Source: Chiloscyllium plagiosum | Lineage: Eukaryota | NCBI RefSeq assembly: GCF_004010195.1 | Contig: NW_025214793.1 | Span: 1 to 51,066 of the forward strand | Reading direction: 5' to 3' | DNA length: 51,066 bases | Part shown: positions 13,804 through 25,721 of the stretch, piece by piece | How the letters are laid out: each line of letters opens with the position of its first letter | Numbering within the stretch: the first letter of the stretch is position 1 | Translations under genes and position numbers: made by a program | Notes under the pieces: model-generated | Told to the model about the DNA's origin: nothing | The model's database searches: none | The model's input: the letters and a program-made list of their open reading frames with translations, nothing else

Positions 13804-15221
13804 TTAAACAACTATTCTTAATTTGCATATCTCTGAGCACTAAAACATTCTCATTGTGTGCAAAATATCTAATTACCATATTGTTTGCCAGTCCATGTAA
13901 TTGTTATTTTTATATTAAAATACCTACTGAATTCAAGCAATGTGTAAATAATAACTTATTAGATTCTAGAAAAATTAATCAAATGTATTTCAGCTACATC
14001 TAAATTACTTACGATTATTTTCAAAGCAAGTCTAAATTATATAATACTAACAGTGCAAACACTCTAGACTTTATGGAGTAAGCAAACTCCTGACTACATT
14101 AATAAACAATATCTCACCCATTTCTTTGTAATGCAGTTTGCATTTTTTTGAGCTTCTGTCTTTTTGTGTAAATGTAAATCTGGATGACTGATTGTCAGTT
14201 GCAGCATTCCTGGTATGTTTGTTGAACCTATGCTACCTGCATCACAAGCAGAATGAGTTTAGTTTCTTGCTCTTGTGTAAAGTCTTCAAACTGGAAGTTA
14301 CATGGTGAGCCATGTGCCTGTATTATTTATTCCTTGTTTTCAAATTAAATGCTAAAATGTAATGGTCATCAAAACTAAAAATCCTTGACTGTTGATTGAT
14401 TCTGCTTTGTATTCATTCTCTAATCAGTTTTTTAATGCTTGTTTTATCTTAGTTACTTCTGTGTAAGTCTGTACGAAGTTAGATGAAACACTTATGATAG
14501 ACAAGCACTACAGCTAGGGCTAATTTTGTAGCTATTCTCACAGTTCCAATAATGAACATTGAAAACAATTATTTTACATTTAAGAACTAAAGACAACAAA
14601 GCATTGAAATCAGTAACCTGCTTGCGCTTATCTATCTAAACATCAATGATATGGACTCTTTCAAGATAAAAGCATATTTTATATAGAATGACGGCCATAT
14701 TGAGTCAGATGAAAGTACATTTTTTTTCTTTTTTAAGTTAAACACACATTCATAATTTGCCATGAATCCAATACAGTAATAATCAATCATTCAGGCAAAA
14801 CATCAAGTCATTTGCGATTTAAAACTGTAGTGCATAAATTTAATGGCTCATTTCTAACATTTCACTATGTCGACTTCTGACGTACAGTGTGCAGTAACCT
14901 TGTGGAGGGACTGACTTATAATTCGAATATTGAAACAATGTTGATTAAATTGCTTGAAAACCACCGTTAAACAATCTCAAAGTGACATTAGTATTTCAGA
15001 AAGTGTAGTGTGGAATGCCTCGGTCAGTAGATAGCAGTGTTTGGTCAATTAAAAGAATAATCCACACGAAGGGGTTTATGTCTTTAAACAATATTCCAAT
15101 ATGAAAATTTGTTGTATGTCGAGACTTAATATCCGGTCATGGCTCATTACAAAGAAAACAGGAAAGTACTTTTTAATATAAATTTGCACAGACAGAAGCC
15201 TCCTTATCCAAAATATCTCTT

Positions 15222-17675
15222 TCATAAGTTAAATCGTCTGAATTTATGGCTAGGCGGGAGAGGTATTACAGCACCACCCATCTGCCATTTCCACACGGGA
15301 TGGGCCTTCTGAGGTGCTTCGGGATCCTTAGTAGAGTTCAGTGAATACGCAGGGCACAAATCCCCATCGTTGCCAATAATTAGTGACGGTGGAGAGGGAA
15401 AATTTGCCATGAAATTAAATGGCCTTTTCACCGTGGATGCTACACCATTGGCTATGCGTTTACGTTTATTTGAACCAGCAAATTCTTCTAGTGTTCCTTC
15501 ATGCACATCTGTTTTACCTGTAAGACGCGGATTCTCTGATTTCACAATTGTTTTTACTGACGAGTTTTGCAAAGTGTGCTGTTTCCCCAACACTAAAGTC
15601 CTGTAATTCCTTCTTATTCTTGCACCATTTCGGAATTCGCAGTCCTCTAATACTGGAATGTTTAAAGTGCGTTGAAGGTCTTCTCTTGGTCTGGAAGCGT
15701 TTTGGGAAGAGGTGGCCGTTTCAGTGCACACATGGCTTTCCTTTGCTTTTGTCGAAAAACAGTCTCGTATTTTATTTTCTCTTAAAGTGGCCTCTGCTCG
15801 CTTCGATACATTGCACGCATACTTGAGTTTCTTTCTAGGCTGTTGGGGCACATATTCATACTCTTCGTCACAGCTATTTTCTTCTAATTTTACTGTAATA
15901 TTGTGCATAACTGCTTTCCCCATGTGTGCATTGTCGCTGTGGATGCGGACGGCGGGGCCCTGACTTCTGTCCGTGTTTACACTCTGGAAGGTTGAGGACA
16001 GTGCGATGAAATTGCCGGTATTCGGTTCTATCTCTGCATTTGCTGCTAATGAAGAATCATTGTCTGCAGGCTCGGAAACTATTGTCACCTTGTTTTCTTC
16101 TGCACAGTGTGCTATAGATGCTCCAAGGCATTTATTTGATTCTGTTAATGTTCTTTGTTGTGGAAACTCGGTGTTTCCCTTTGGGTTAGTAGGCGCAGGG
16201 CCCCCTTCTTTCGCACAGTTAATTGTCGATTCAGTCCTCTTTAGATAATGGGAAATTTCGGAATGCGGGAATGCAAACTCAGATATTCTATCATTGTTTA
16301 TCTCGGCAAGGCAACTTCCATAGCCAGTTGAGCAGCATACGTTATGCGCCTTAATAGTCCAGTTCTGCTCGTTTCTCTTAACAATAGTCGCGGACTTTAA
16401 ATTACAATGGGAAGTTCTTCCTTCCAGGAGATCGGTACTGGCTGTTTCATACACGACATTATTGCTTTTCGCTTGGAACTGGTAGTGGAAACTCGGCTGC
16501 GTTAAGACGAGAGGTTTGCTGCAGATGCTCGAGAAACTGGTGCGCCTGAATCGTATGCTTTGAACAGAAACTTGGCTGGAGACGGAGCTGGAATCAGATT
16601 CGGACGAAGTATCTTCGTCACTGGCCGAGCTCACGTCGGAAGAGTCAGACACCGAGTCGTCCTCTTCGTCGGAAGAAGCCGAGTTGCTGGAACTCGACAA
16701 ACTTGACCCAAAGTCCGAGTCGTTATCTGCGCGACCCGAAAAAGAGCTCGACTCTGAATCGCTGCTGCAGCTTTCCTGCGAGGGCCCCTGGTTGCACTGC
16801 AGTCCGTTGGCAACGTGAAATGTATTCAGGCACTCGGAGTCTCCTTTCGCTTTGCAAGATTTAGGAGCAGCTGCCGCCAGCAAGACTCGCTTGGCGGTGC
16901 TTGAACTCCCTAAATGTTTTTGAGTGATTTCACACGAACTTTTGCGCCTGAAGTAATACGTCAAGCCGGTAGCGTTTGGAGACTTAGGGTAATAGGCGAT
17001 GGCGGATTGGTAAAACACTGGATGCCTGCAAATCATGCTCCGAAATAAGGAGTGATTGGTGTGAAATGCTACACAGTTGCTCGATATTTCCGCAGTTTCG
17101 TAGTTTTGGGGGATTTTGCAATGTGATCGGATCATTTCAGTGTAACTGTGGCTGGTAAATTTACTGTAGAATTGAGGTAGATTGGAGGCCGGTAGCGAAC
17201 TGCCGTCTCCTCGCAAAGCCCTGTTCATTCCAGCCAGAGGCTGGGGGTTTCCATTCAAAGTCAACCAAACTTTGTTCTCTTTCAAAATACTCGCGCAGCG
17301 ATCAGTAGGGGTTTTCTCCTGGTTGAGTTCGGTTGATAACAATGTCCCGTTTATTTTTCTCCTCTTAGTCTTAAGAACCCGTTCAGTTTTGCACGAAGTG
17401 TACAGGGCTTCAACGTCCTCCCGTGAAATGAGAGTGCATTTAGCTGCATGAAAAGCAATAGAATTTATTGCCTTGAGTTTTCTTAATTCTTCCAAATCGC
17501 AATGATGTTTCTTCACGTTAAGATGGTCCATCCTTTTGTGCACTGTTGTCCTGGGTATGTTTTTCAGCAGATTTGTAAATACTTGGGAAAGCGCAAACAT
17601 TTGTTTTCCCTTAATTATAAGATAGCCAAGTCTCACACCATCCACTTCTTCATAACCCGATTCCAAGTCTCCCAT
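15222..17675 (-). CDS. SKIDA1: SKI/DACH domain-containing protein 1, uninterrupted CDS of 817 aa from the conserved Met (840 aa if the ATG at 17744 is used)
   Basis: The ORF contains MGDLESGYEEVDGVRLGYLIIKGKQMFALSQVF...AAKCTLISREDVEALY (Ski/Dach-like domain), the Ser/acidic block ESCSSDSESSS...SSQVSVQSIRFRRTSF, and the C-terminus RPFNFMANFPSPPSLIIG...WKWQMGGAVIPLPPSHKFRRFN, all recognisable as SKIDA1. It is adjacent to MLLT10, as in human. Confidence 0.97.
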   Translation of the reverse strand: MGDLESGYEEVDGVRLGYLIIKGKQMFALSQVFTNLLKNIPRTTVHKRMDHLNVKKHHCDLEELRKLKAINSIAFHAAKCTLISREDVEALYTSCKTERVLKTKRRKINGTLLSTELNQEKTPTDRCASILKENKVWLTLNGNPQPLAGMNRALRGDGSSLPASNLPQFYSKFTSHSYTEMIRSHCKIPQNYETAEISSNCVAFHTNHSLFRSMICRHPVFYQSAIAYYPKSPNATGLTYYFRRKSSCEITQKHLGSSSTAKRVLLAAAAPKSCKAKGDSECLNTFHVANGLQCNQGPSQESCSSDSESSSFSGRADNDSDFGSSLSSSSNSASSDEEDDSVSDSSDVSSASDEDTSSESDSSSVSSQVSVQSIRFRRTSFSSICSKPLVLTQPSFHYQFQAKSNNVVYETASTDLLEGRTSHCNLKSATIVKRNEQNWTIKAHNVCCSTGYGSCLAEINNDRISEFAFPHSEISHYLKRTESTINCAKEGGPAPTNPKGNTEFPQQRTLTESNKCLGASIAHCAEENKVTIVSEPADNDSSLAANAEIEPNTGNFIALSSTFQSVNTDRSQGPAVRIHSDNAHMGKAVMHNITVKLEENSCDEEYEYVPQQPRKKLKYACNVSKRAEATLRENKIRDCFSTKAKESHVCTETATSSQNASRPREDLQRTLNIPVLEDCEFRNGARIRRNYRTLVLGKQHTLQNSSVKTIVKSENPRLTGKTDVHEGTLEEFAGSNKRKRIANGVASTVKRPFNFMANFPSPPSLIIGNDGDLCPAYSLNSTKDPEAPQKAHPVWKWQMGGAVIPLPPSHKFRRFNL

Positions 17676-17920
17676 CTCGCTACCTGAATTTTGTCCCACA
17701 TTCGCTGGACAAAAACATCGACTGCGGAATTCGACATTCCTCATGGCATCCTGTTTAAAAACACATATTATTACTGTTTCTGATTCAGCTGATCAAAAAA
17801 AAAACTTTGGGAGATATTCAATACATAACATGGTATATTTTCATTGTTTTTAAAAAAAGCGATATCACGTGTTCTTTATATGAAGCTTAATTTTCAAGTT
17901 ATAGATGCGTATTGTTGTAC

Positions 17921-17957
17921 CTGCACTCTTTAATTTTCCCAAATACTCATGGATGTA
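17921..17957 (-). other. SKIDA1: Predicted 37-nt 5'UTR micro-exon of SKIDA1
   Basis: Minus strand acceptor 'ttctctctctccttccattctgtcttgtacag|' (AG at 17959-17958) and donor 'gcag|gtacaa' (GT at 17920-17919). Next acceptor is 'ttttaaacag|' at 17752-17751. Confidence 0.55.
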
Positions 17958-20900
17958 CTGTACAAGACAGAATGGAAGGAGAGAGAGAAAAAATGCAGCT
18001 GCTATTCCCGCCGCTGCTTCTCCCACAAATAAGATGACAGAGTGAAGTGAGTTCGCCGGGAGACACCTTCATCAATTAATTCCCCTAAAGCCAGCTCTGA
18101 TTGGATGTCACTGACAGGTGATGCAATAAAAATTGATATTCCACCCCCTCCCAAAAATCCCCCACTAATTAGCATACCCTTATACTCCCACCCTCTTGCT
18201 GAAGTAAATACAGTTAGTATGCAAATCTTTAATATACACACACCACCTCCCCCAACCCCCTCCCACATCCCATCGCCCACCCTCCCCTCCCCCGACAAAA
18301 CATCATCCAAAAAAAGCGCTTTAGCAGCCGCAAGCTACCTGGTTTATTTTATACATTTATTTCTTCTGCCTTCCGATATCGCAGATATAATTGTATACAA
18401 AAGGAGCATGCGCTTTATAGTTTTACCCTCGACTTTCCACTTTTTTTAGGTCAGTGCTATAGATGCAAAATATTTGATGCGCACATTGTATTTATTTGAA
18501 GAAAGGCAACCTCACATACGCTTTCGGGGGCATTCTTTAAGTCAAAAAGTTCCAGTTATATTCCATGAGAAAGATATTAATAACATTTTGCATTTTAATA
18601 TAAACTGCATTTTATCCTTAAGGAGAAAATTATCTTTCCATATTCAGCATAGAGTTTGTACTAAAGACAGCTCAAGATTGAATGTTGTTCTTAGACACAT
18701 TGAATGTTTATTTATCCCATATTTGCTTTCAGCATTTATCAACACGTGTTTAACAATTTGTAAGGAATCAAACATCTACGTATTCAGTATAGAACAGAAT
18801 TCCAAAGTACATAATCGCATATATAACATTTTCCTGTTAAAATGCTGTTTGCAGACTGAATTAGCAATCTTGCTTGGGCACAGCGTATGATATTAATGCT
18901 GGACGAGCGTCTACAACTAGGCTTATTTTCTCATTCTTCAAGACGTAAAAAACTGCGCCCATAGAATTAAGCCGATAACAGACAACCTGGTGTTAGCTGG
19001 AACTTTCTGATTGCCGTAGTCGAGAGGCATTGCAGAATATACGTATTAAAAATACTAATTTTAAATTCGCTTTACTTTTCCGAAGGAAGAAAATTGTACT
19101 TTTAAATGCACGCTAGCATTTCTTCTCACACACATACAAAGATCTCCATGTGATAAAAATGGTATTGCAACAGTCTCCTTTCACTGAATGAGACTAGTGA
19201 ACTTCCTCGCAGTTCACACGGCAGATTAGCATATCATCTACATCAAGGATGTATAAACTTGGTATCATAACATGTATGTCTCACGTAACTAAACATATGA
19301 TAATAAATTAAAGACAGATTACAAGTTTCTCCCCTCCACTGGTTGGAAACAGGCTGGGTGAATCACACGGACTTTATGTTTTTCATAGACATCCGTTTTC
19401 ACAATGGCCACCTCGCTATCGGAGAAGCAGGTATCTGGAAACTGCCATGAAGACGTCCGCAACAACGTTAAACTTTACGTTTTACCATAATGAAGAAAAA
19501 GCAACTCAGAACAGTGATTGAATATCTTAATAACTTAATCTTTTTGAAGCTCTTCTGACCAGGCAGTTTAAGCATAAAGGCAGTCGATTACAAGCAGCGT
19601 GTAAAAATCTTGTACGGCATTTGAGCGCTTTGACTCGGTATATAGGAAACGTTATGCAAAACTACCACTACTATTCTCAAAGTGCAAAGCTGAATACTGC
19701 ACATTATAGATCGCCATGGAAAGTCTACACAAACTTAGAAGCTATCTAACAGAAAGTCTGAAAAAATAGTGTGACCCAGTTTATATTAGACAGAACAGAA
19801 GCGTTATTTGCAGCGCAACAGTACTAAACTGCAGAAAGGGGCGATGGGTTAGTGAAGCGATGAAAGGAAGCTAGTTATTTCTACAATCAAACTTCATTTA
19901 ATGGTCAATGCACTAGACAACGCATCATTGCCATTATTGCTGACGACAAGCAGATCTTTAATGCTTCTTTATTAGCCTTCCGCTTAAACGGTTCTTAGTT
20001 TGTATGAATTCTTAGGTTCACAGTATCATAAAATGTGTCAAAACAGAGAGTCAATCACAATAGTTGTGCCTCGTCCAAGTATAGGTCATCCTTACAGTTC
20101 GGCCTTCATCACCATAAACATATATTGATCATTCTTAAAGGAATTCTTGATTAGGATTTGCACGATGTGTTACAAGACTCAACAGAAAATGTAGAGGCAA
20201 TCCTACGCACATATGGCTTTTGCCATTGTTTAATATTCTACACAGACAGTACAATGGAATAATCATCAAATCGCTTTAAATTTATGCTAGCTGATGTAAT
20301 GTATAAAACTGGATTATGGGGACCATAAGGGCAAACGTGTAATGGCCGTCCATGTGGGGCACGCAAGGCATTTGGGGAACTCATGTATATGCTAAAATGA
20401 TAACAACGAAGGCATATTTAATAATTTCTGTGTATAATTCATAAAATTACTAAACAATTACTGTCATTACTTGCATTTTATACGACCATTTTTTGCGGTT
20501 TAATTCTGTCATCAGTTTTTTTTTCATCATCAATATTTGACAGAAAATGACAGGTCGCTCTTGCACATCACTGAACGTCGTATATCCCAGGCTATTTAGG
20601 AACAAGGGGTTGAATCTGAAGAGAGGCTTTTCGAGGCCCTTCTATAAACACACGAGAGGCAGGTTGCCTCCGGATGGATTTATGTGGCGAGCTGTTTTTT
20701 GTCACTAGCTACCAACATACATCATAGAAGAGCAGGAGTAAAAATCCTTGAATATAAGGGATACACACCAATGTATTTATATTACCACACACAGGGGTTT
20801 TATGTATTTTTATCCAACGTCGAGATGTCTGAATTGATAACAGCGAGATAGCACAGCAAGGTGGCTGCCTGTCATTTTAATCAAATCTAAGACCATTGTA

Positions 20901-23900
20901 AATGATTTGATCCCAGCGACAGCAGCATCCTTCATAGAACAACAATGATTGTTCTAATTACAATAGTAGGTGATTCCCAGAGAAACATATGATTCCCCTT
21001 TTGATACATTAAACTTACAGTGCGAATAAATATAATTGGGAGTAGCAACATTAGATAATTTTGAGGCATGAATTTACTTTACTCAGATATCCTGCAACCC
21101 CAAACCCACTCTTACTAATTTTTTTTTGTCTGCACGTCGGGACAAAAGAGAAGTAGAAACTGCTTACATAAATAAAACTGACAAATGAGATAAATATTCC
21201 AGCAGCAGTGTAAATAATCAAACGTGATTTTCACTCACAAAATGGAATTTGGAAGTGTTTCATATTTATGCGATAAATACAGTTGCTCTGATTAAATAGA
21301 TCTATTTCTAAACTACTACGGACAGTAGAGCGTCATAAGCTTATTTTATACTCCAACTCTCATCTGTGTTTGGATGAAATAATTTATTAATAGCTTGGAT
21401 CTGACTTGTCAACAAATCCTATTTATCAATTTTACCCCGAAATAAATAAAAGCATCGTAGCCTGTTTAAGTTCGTATAATGTAATGGTTATTTTTTTCAT
21501 CAGAGGCCTCAATCTTTTACTTACTCTCCATGAGCAGAAAGAGGCACAACTCACACACTTGCAGAATGACTTCTTGCTTCCCTCCTTAGTCAAAAAAAAT
21601 ATTAATCAAAACAAGCATGTTACAACCATGAAATCAGCTGTATCATTGAAAGCTGTACTTAAGAAAGTACGATATTTAGCATATACTACAGTTTACAAGA
21701 TTAGACAATCACAATTTATAACATTGATAAGATGGAAAAGCGAACATTTTAATTATACAGTTTAGCGAAGTAAGGAGACTTCTTTATCTCTGGGCAAAAA
21801 GTCCCGACTAATAATCAAATCAGAACAATCTGTAAATTCACAATTAATAGTAAAGAACATTTTAATATTGCATAGAATACAGAGAACATTTGTGGGTTAG
21901 TACATGAGAACTATTCAAACTGTATGGCACCAACATGCAGGTTAATATTGTATATTTTTTCCCAGAGACATCTAAGTTTTCACCAATCCTGTTTACTTAA
22001 AAAGTATTGTAAGAGGGTCGGCTGGAATGGCATATTGTTACAAAAACAACTTGTCTTACTGCGTGTGATGCTGCATCACTCTGTGATAAAATATAAACAC
22101 TGTGAAAAGTGACACTTTATAAATGTATCAGTTGCCCCGAATATTTACATATTGCTTTGTTTTTCTGCGAATTCATCAGGAATTTAGCAGTTTTTTGTTA
22201 CCACTTTATCAGTGAAAACCTGCCAAAAAGTAATTTTTAGTTAGTTGAAAACTAAATGGCAACTGTGATTTCAATGGTCCAGGATGGATTTCCAACAGGA
22301 ATTTATTCTATTTTACTTGCATATAGACTGTATGCCAATTGTCTACTGACCCATAATCAAAATGTGTTGACCTTTCTACCCCTCTCCTGCCCCCTGACCT
22401 ATCCCGAACTCAATGCAGCCTTTCTAAATTTGCAAAGCATTGAACATGCAAAGGGGGGCTGGGGAGGCTTTGTTCTCGACAGACCATAAGAGTGTGCATT
22501 CTGCTAAAAAGAAAGGACGCCCTTTCTTACTGATAATAGTTAAGCAAGAAAAGCAGCTAAAGAGGGACTATATTCCTCCCTTGCAAGTATCAATATTCAA
22601 GTAATAGGCAGCAAGAGAAATAAAGTAGAAATTTAGACTTTTCTGGTAAACCAAGCGATCATAATAAAAATAAAACAAGATCATGGTTTAGCTTGACTCA
22701 AATTTGAATGTAGTATAAATCGGTTAAATTACATAAGAAATAGCTCTAGTCACTTGGTCAGAAGTAGATAATATCATAAATAGTAAATCTGGTGAGGATT
22801 CAACATGTTCTCTGTTGTCTATTTAAAAACTGAAATGTTTCTTTAGAAACCTGCATTCACCAATCAAGTTAGGGGATGCAAGTACTTCAATGGATTGAAA
22901 TAGTTTTTAACTAACAATGCGATGTTGCCGTACATGAACTGAAAAATGTTTTATAAAACTTACAAGTAGTTTTGCTATGCAATTTTGCTATGCTAACAGA
23001 TGAAAACAATGACTGAAATTATATTTCTATTTGTAGTATTGCAAAAGCGTAGCTTGTTATCATTGAAAATCCTAATCAGGTTATAAAATTCAAACGTAAT
23101 TGCATTTTTAAAAGACGCAATTTGGAGTACAATTACCTTGTGGTTGTGCAATAACCAGCAATTACAAAAACAAAGTTGTTGATTATGATTAAAACAAATT
23201 TCAACCTTATTTCTAAATCTGCCATGTGCTTATGGAGATGCAGATTTGGAATTAAAATATGAAATTATTTCCACTTTGAGTAAATTGTGGGAAAGCAGTG
23301 CAAACCATTTCCGTAGTTTCAGAGAGTATTTACTGGTAAGTATAGTTTGTTTTTTCCGGGTTGAATTCACAATTCCATACAGATTTAAACTTTGCCCAGG
23401 GTTTTTAATGCAGATTGCTGAAAGTGTCTTCTAAGAAACAGAAACAAGACAACATGTTGGCAACAAGATTACTGGGACTTGTGGGCAGACCCTTGGTGAT
23501 TTCGTTTTCATTACTAATGCTTAAAACGCGTTTATTTAAATCAAATAAACACAACTGCATTGCTCAAAGCAACATGAGAAAAAGTAAATTTGGAGGAAAA
23601 TAATTTATTTTCTGGGCTCTTATTGGAGTTGTAGGCCACTTCCTTTGAAAGTTCGACATTCAATTCGACTGGCAGCAGCAGAATTAGGATGGACTAGAGG
23701 GTCGTAACGTAACCGATTCAGAAGGCGGGGGTCTACATACTGCAACAACGTGCTCGGCAAGGCAGTCCTTAATGAAACAACAAGATTAAGAAAATATATG
23801 GTGTATTAAACACAGGTTGCTTATTTATAGCTATCGTTGAAGAGCTTCTGAGATCTAATATGCACGGAAACACTTTTGTCGATTTTAAAGCGCAGAAGGT

Positions 23901-24899
23901 AAGCCATTTCCAAACATGCCGTTGTTGGGTTCGAGGGCAGCAAGGCAGAAACAAAGGGAATTCATTCTCGATCTCGAAAATCAGTTATACATTTACAATC
24001 CAAAGTGGCGAAAAATGTTGTATGCAGAAAATCTCTAGATTAAAGATACATTTCATTTTCGATGTTTTCAATCAGAATAACATTAAAAGCACAACATGTC
24101 CAAGCGCCGGACAAAGCATAACCCAGAGGTATTTTTTCCACAGAAATAGGTTGGTTTTCGTGAAATCACCGCTTTAAAGCGTCGCGGTATTCCCTTTTAG
24201 TCTCTTTTTAAAAGTATGTATATATAATAAGTAATATTCTCAGCAAAGATTTTATGGCGACAAACAAAATGTATACAAAGGATTACCAGGTTTGCAAATC
24301 CTAGTGCATATGTGTTTTGCTGCCTTCATGCACATAAACTCACAGAAGAAATTTGCAAAATTACATGTAATGCAAACCTCAATATTTTAATCATGGTGAC
24401 ATGTAAGTAGGATTAAGGCAAAGCAGTTGACTAGACATGTACTTTAATGCAAAGATTACCGGAGAAGTACCGGGATAAAGATATAATTTTCAGTCAATAT
24501 ATTTTGTAACACCATGTTTGCAATCAGTAGTCCCTAGGACGCAATTCAGCGAGGAATTCCAATGTCCGTTTTTCTTTCCAGTTTAGCATTCTTGCCCATG
24601 TATTTAAGGCATTTTGAATCTAAAGCAAAATCAAAATTTATAAAAAATATATCACATTAGATTGATAGTTCTGTACTTTGGCTCTCTTTTTAAAGCTGGC
24701 AAATGAGACTAGCTTGCAGCGAGCTTTTTGCAGATTTAATGAACCTACCGTGAACAGAGTGATTACTTCAAAATGAGTAAGTTTTAAAAAAAATAGTCTT
24801 TATGCTGTTTCCCCGGGATTCTTAAAGTTTAAAAGTTGTAGCAGATCCTTTATAGATAAATATATGGAGAAAAAAAACAAAAGGTAAATTAAACTACTT

Positions 24900-25600
24900 G
24901 TAACTGTCCAAATCTCCCCCCACCCTCCCCCTTGCTGCGCTCTGCAACTTAAATGTTGGGATCTGCAACTACTTAGTCTGATTCACGTGGGGAAGATGGG
25001 TTGAGCGAGTCACCTTTAACCTCCGCTCGTTCCGGCTTTGGCTCATTTCTATACCCACAATACCCATTTAGACCATCAATGCAAGCACGAGGAGGAGGAA
25101 GAAAGGTTTTTTTAAAAAAAAGCAACAGCACAACCGGAAGCTGAAATTCCCATCATTTTCTTACCTCCCCATTCCCCTCCTACCCCCCCGCCCGGAAGAA
25201 AGGAAGACCCGAGGTATCCGGAATGGTCGATAGAACGCCGGTTCGAAATACAAGCAGCCCATTGGCTGGTGAGCTATCAATCATGTTTCCCCCACACCAC
25301 CCACCGCCACCACCCGCACGCAACAATCTCCCTCTTGCAGTGGCTGCAGGCTCGCGCAGTTTCCGTTAACAGTGTCGGTTGTGCGTGAACATTCTCGCGC
25401 ATGCCTATGCCCCCTCTGCTTCCCACACACACGTTTGAATCTCAGTTGCCCCCGCGTGGGTCGTCAGTGCGCCTGCTCGAGTTGTCGGTCAAGCCTGAGC
25501 TCAGGCGATTGGGAGCGAGTGTTCCCCTCTCCCCTCCCCCACGCCCTCCACTTTCCGCGTCACCATGGCTCTACAGCAATGTGGGACGTGAATTTAAAAA
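24900..25600 (+). promoter_or_regulatory. MLLT10: CpG-rich promoter / first-exon region of MLLT10
   Basis: High GC/CpG. E-box CACGTG (~24984), ETS-type CCGGAAG (~25134, ~25192), CCAAT box as ATTGG (25261-25265), NRF1-like GCGCATGC (~25397). Directly upstream of the first coding exon. Confidence 0.75.
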
Positions 25601-25721
25601 CAAGGGTGTGCATTCTCTCACCCACCCCCGCCCCCCAGCCCCTTGTTACTACCACCACCACCGTCCCTCTTCTGTTTTTCTTTCCCCTGTCTTTTTTTTC
25701 TCTTTTCTCTTCTCCTCGTAG

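Noticed and set aside
15370..17687. Several plus-strand ORFs (61-92 aa) antisense to SKIDA1
   Set aside because: Shadow ORFs of a long coding sequence, with no recognisable domains.
18002..18890. ORFs of 102-138 aa upstream of SKIDA1
   Set aside because: Driven by C/G tracts or AT-rich composition, with no protein-family resemblance.
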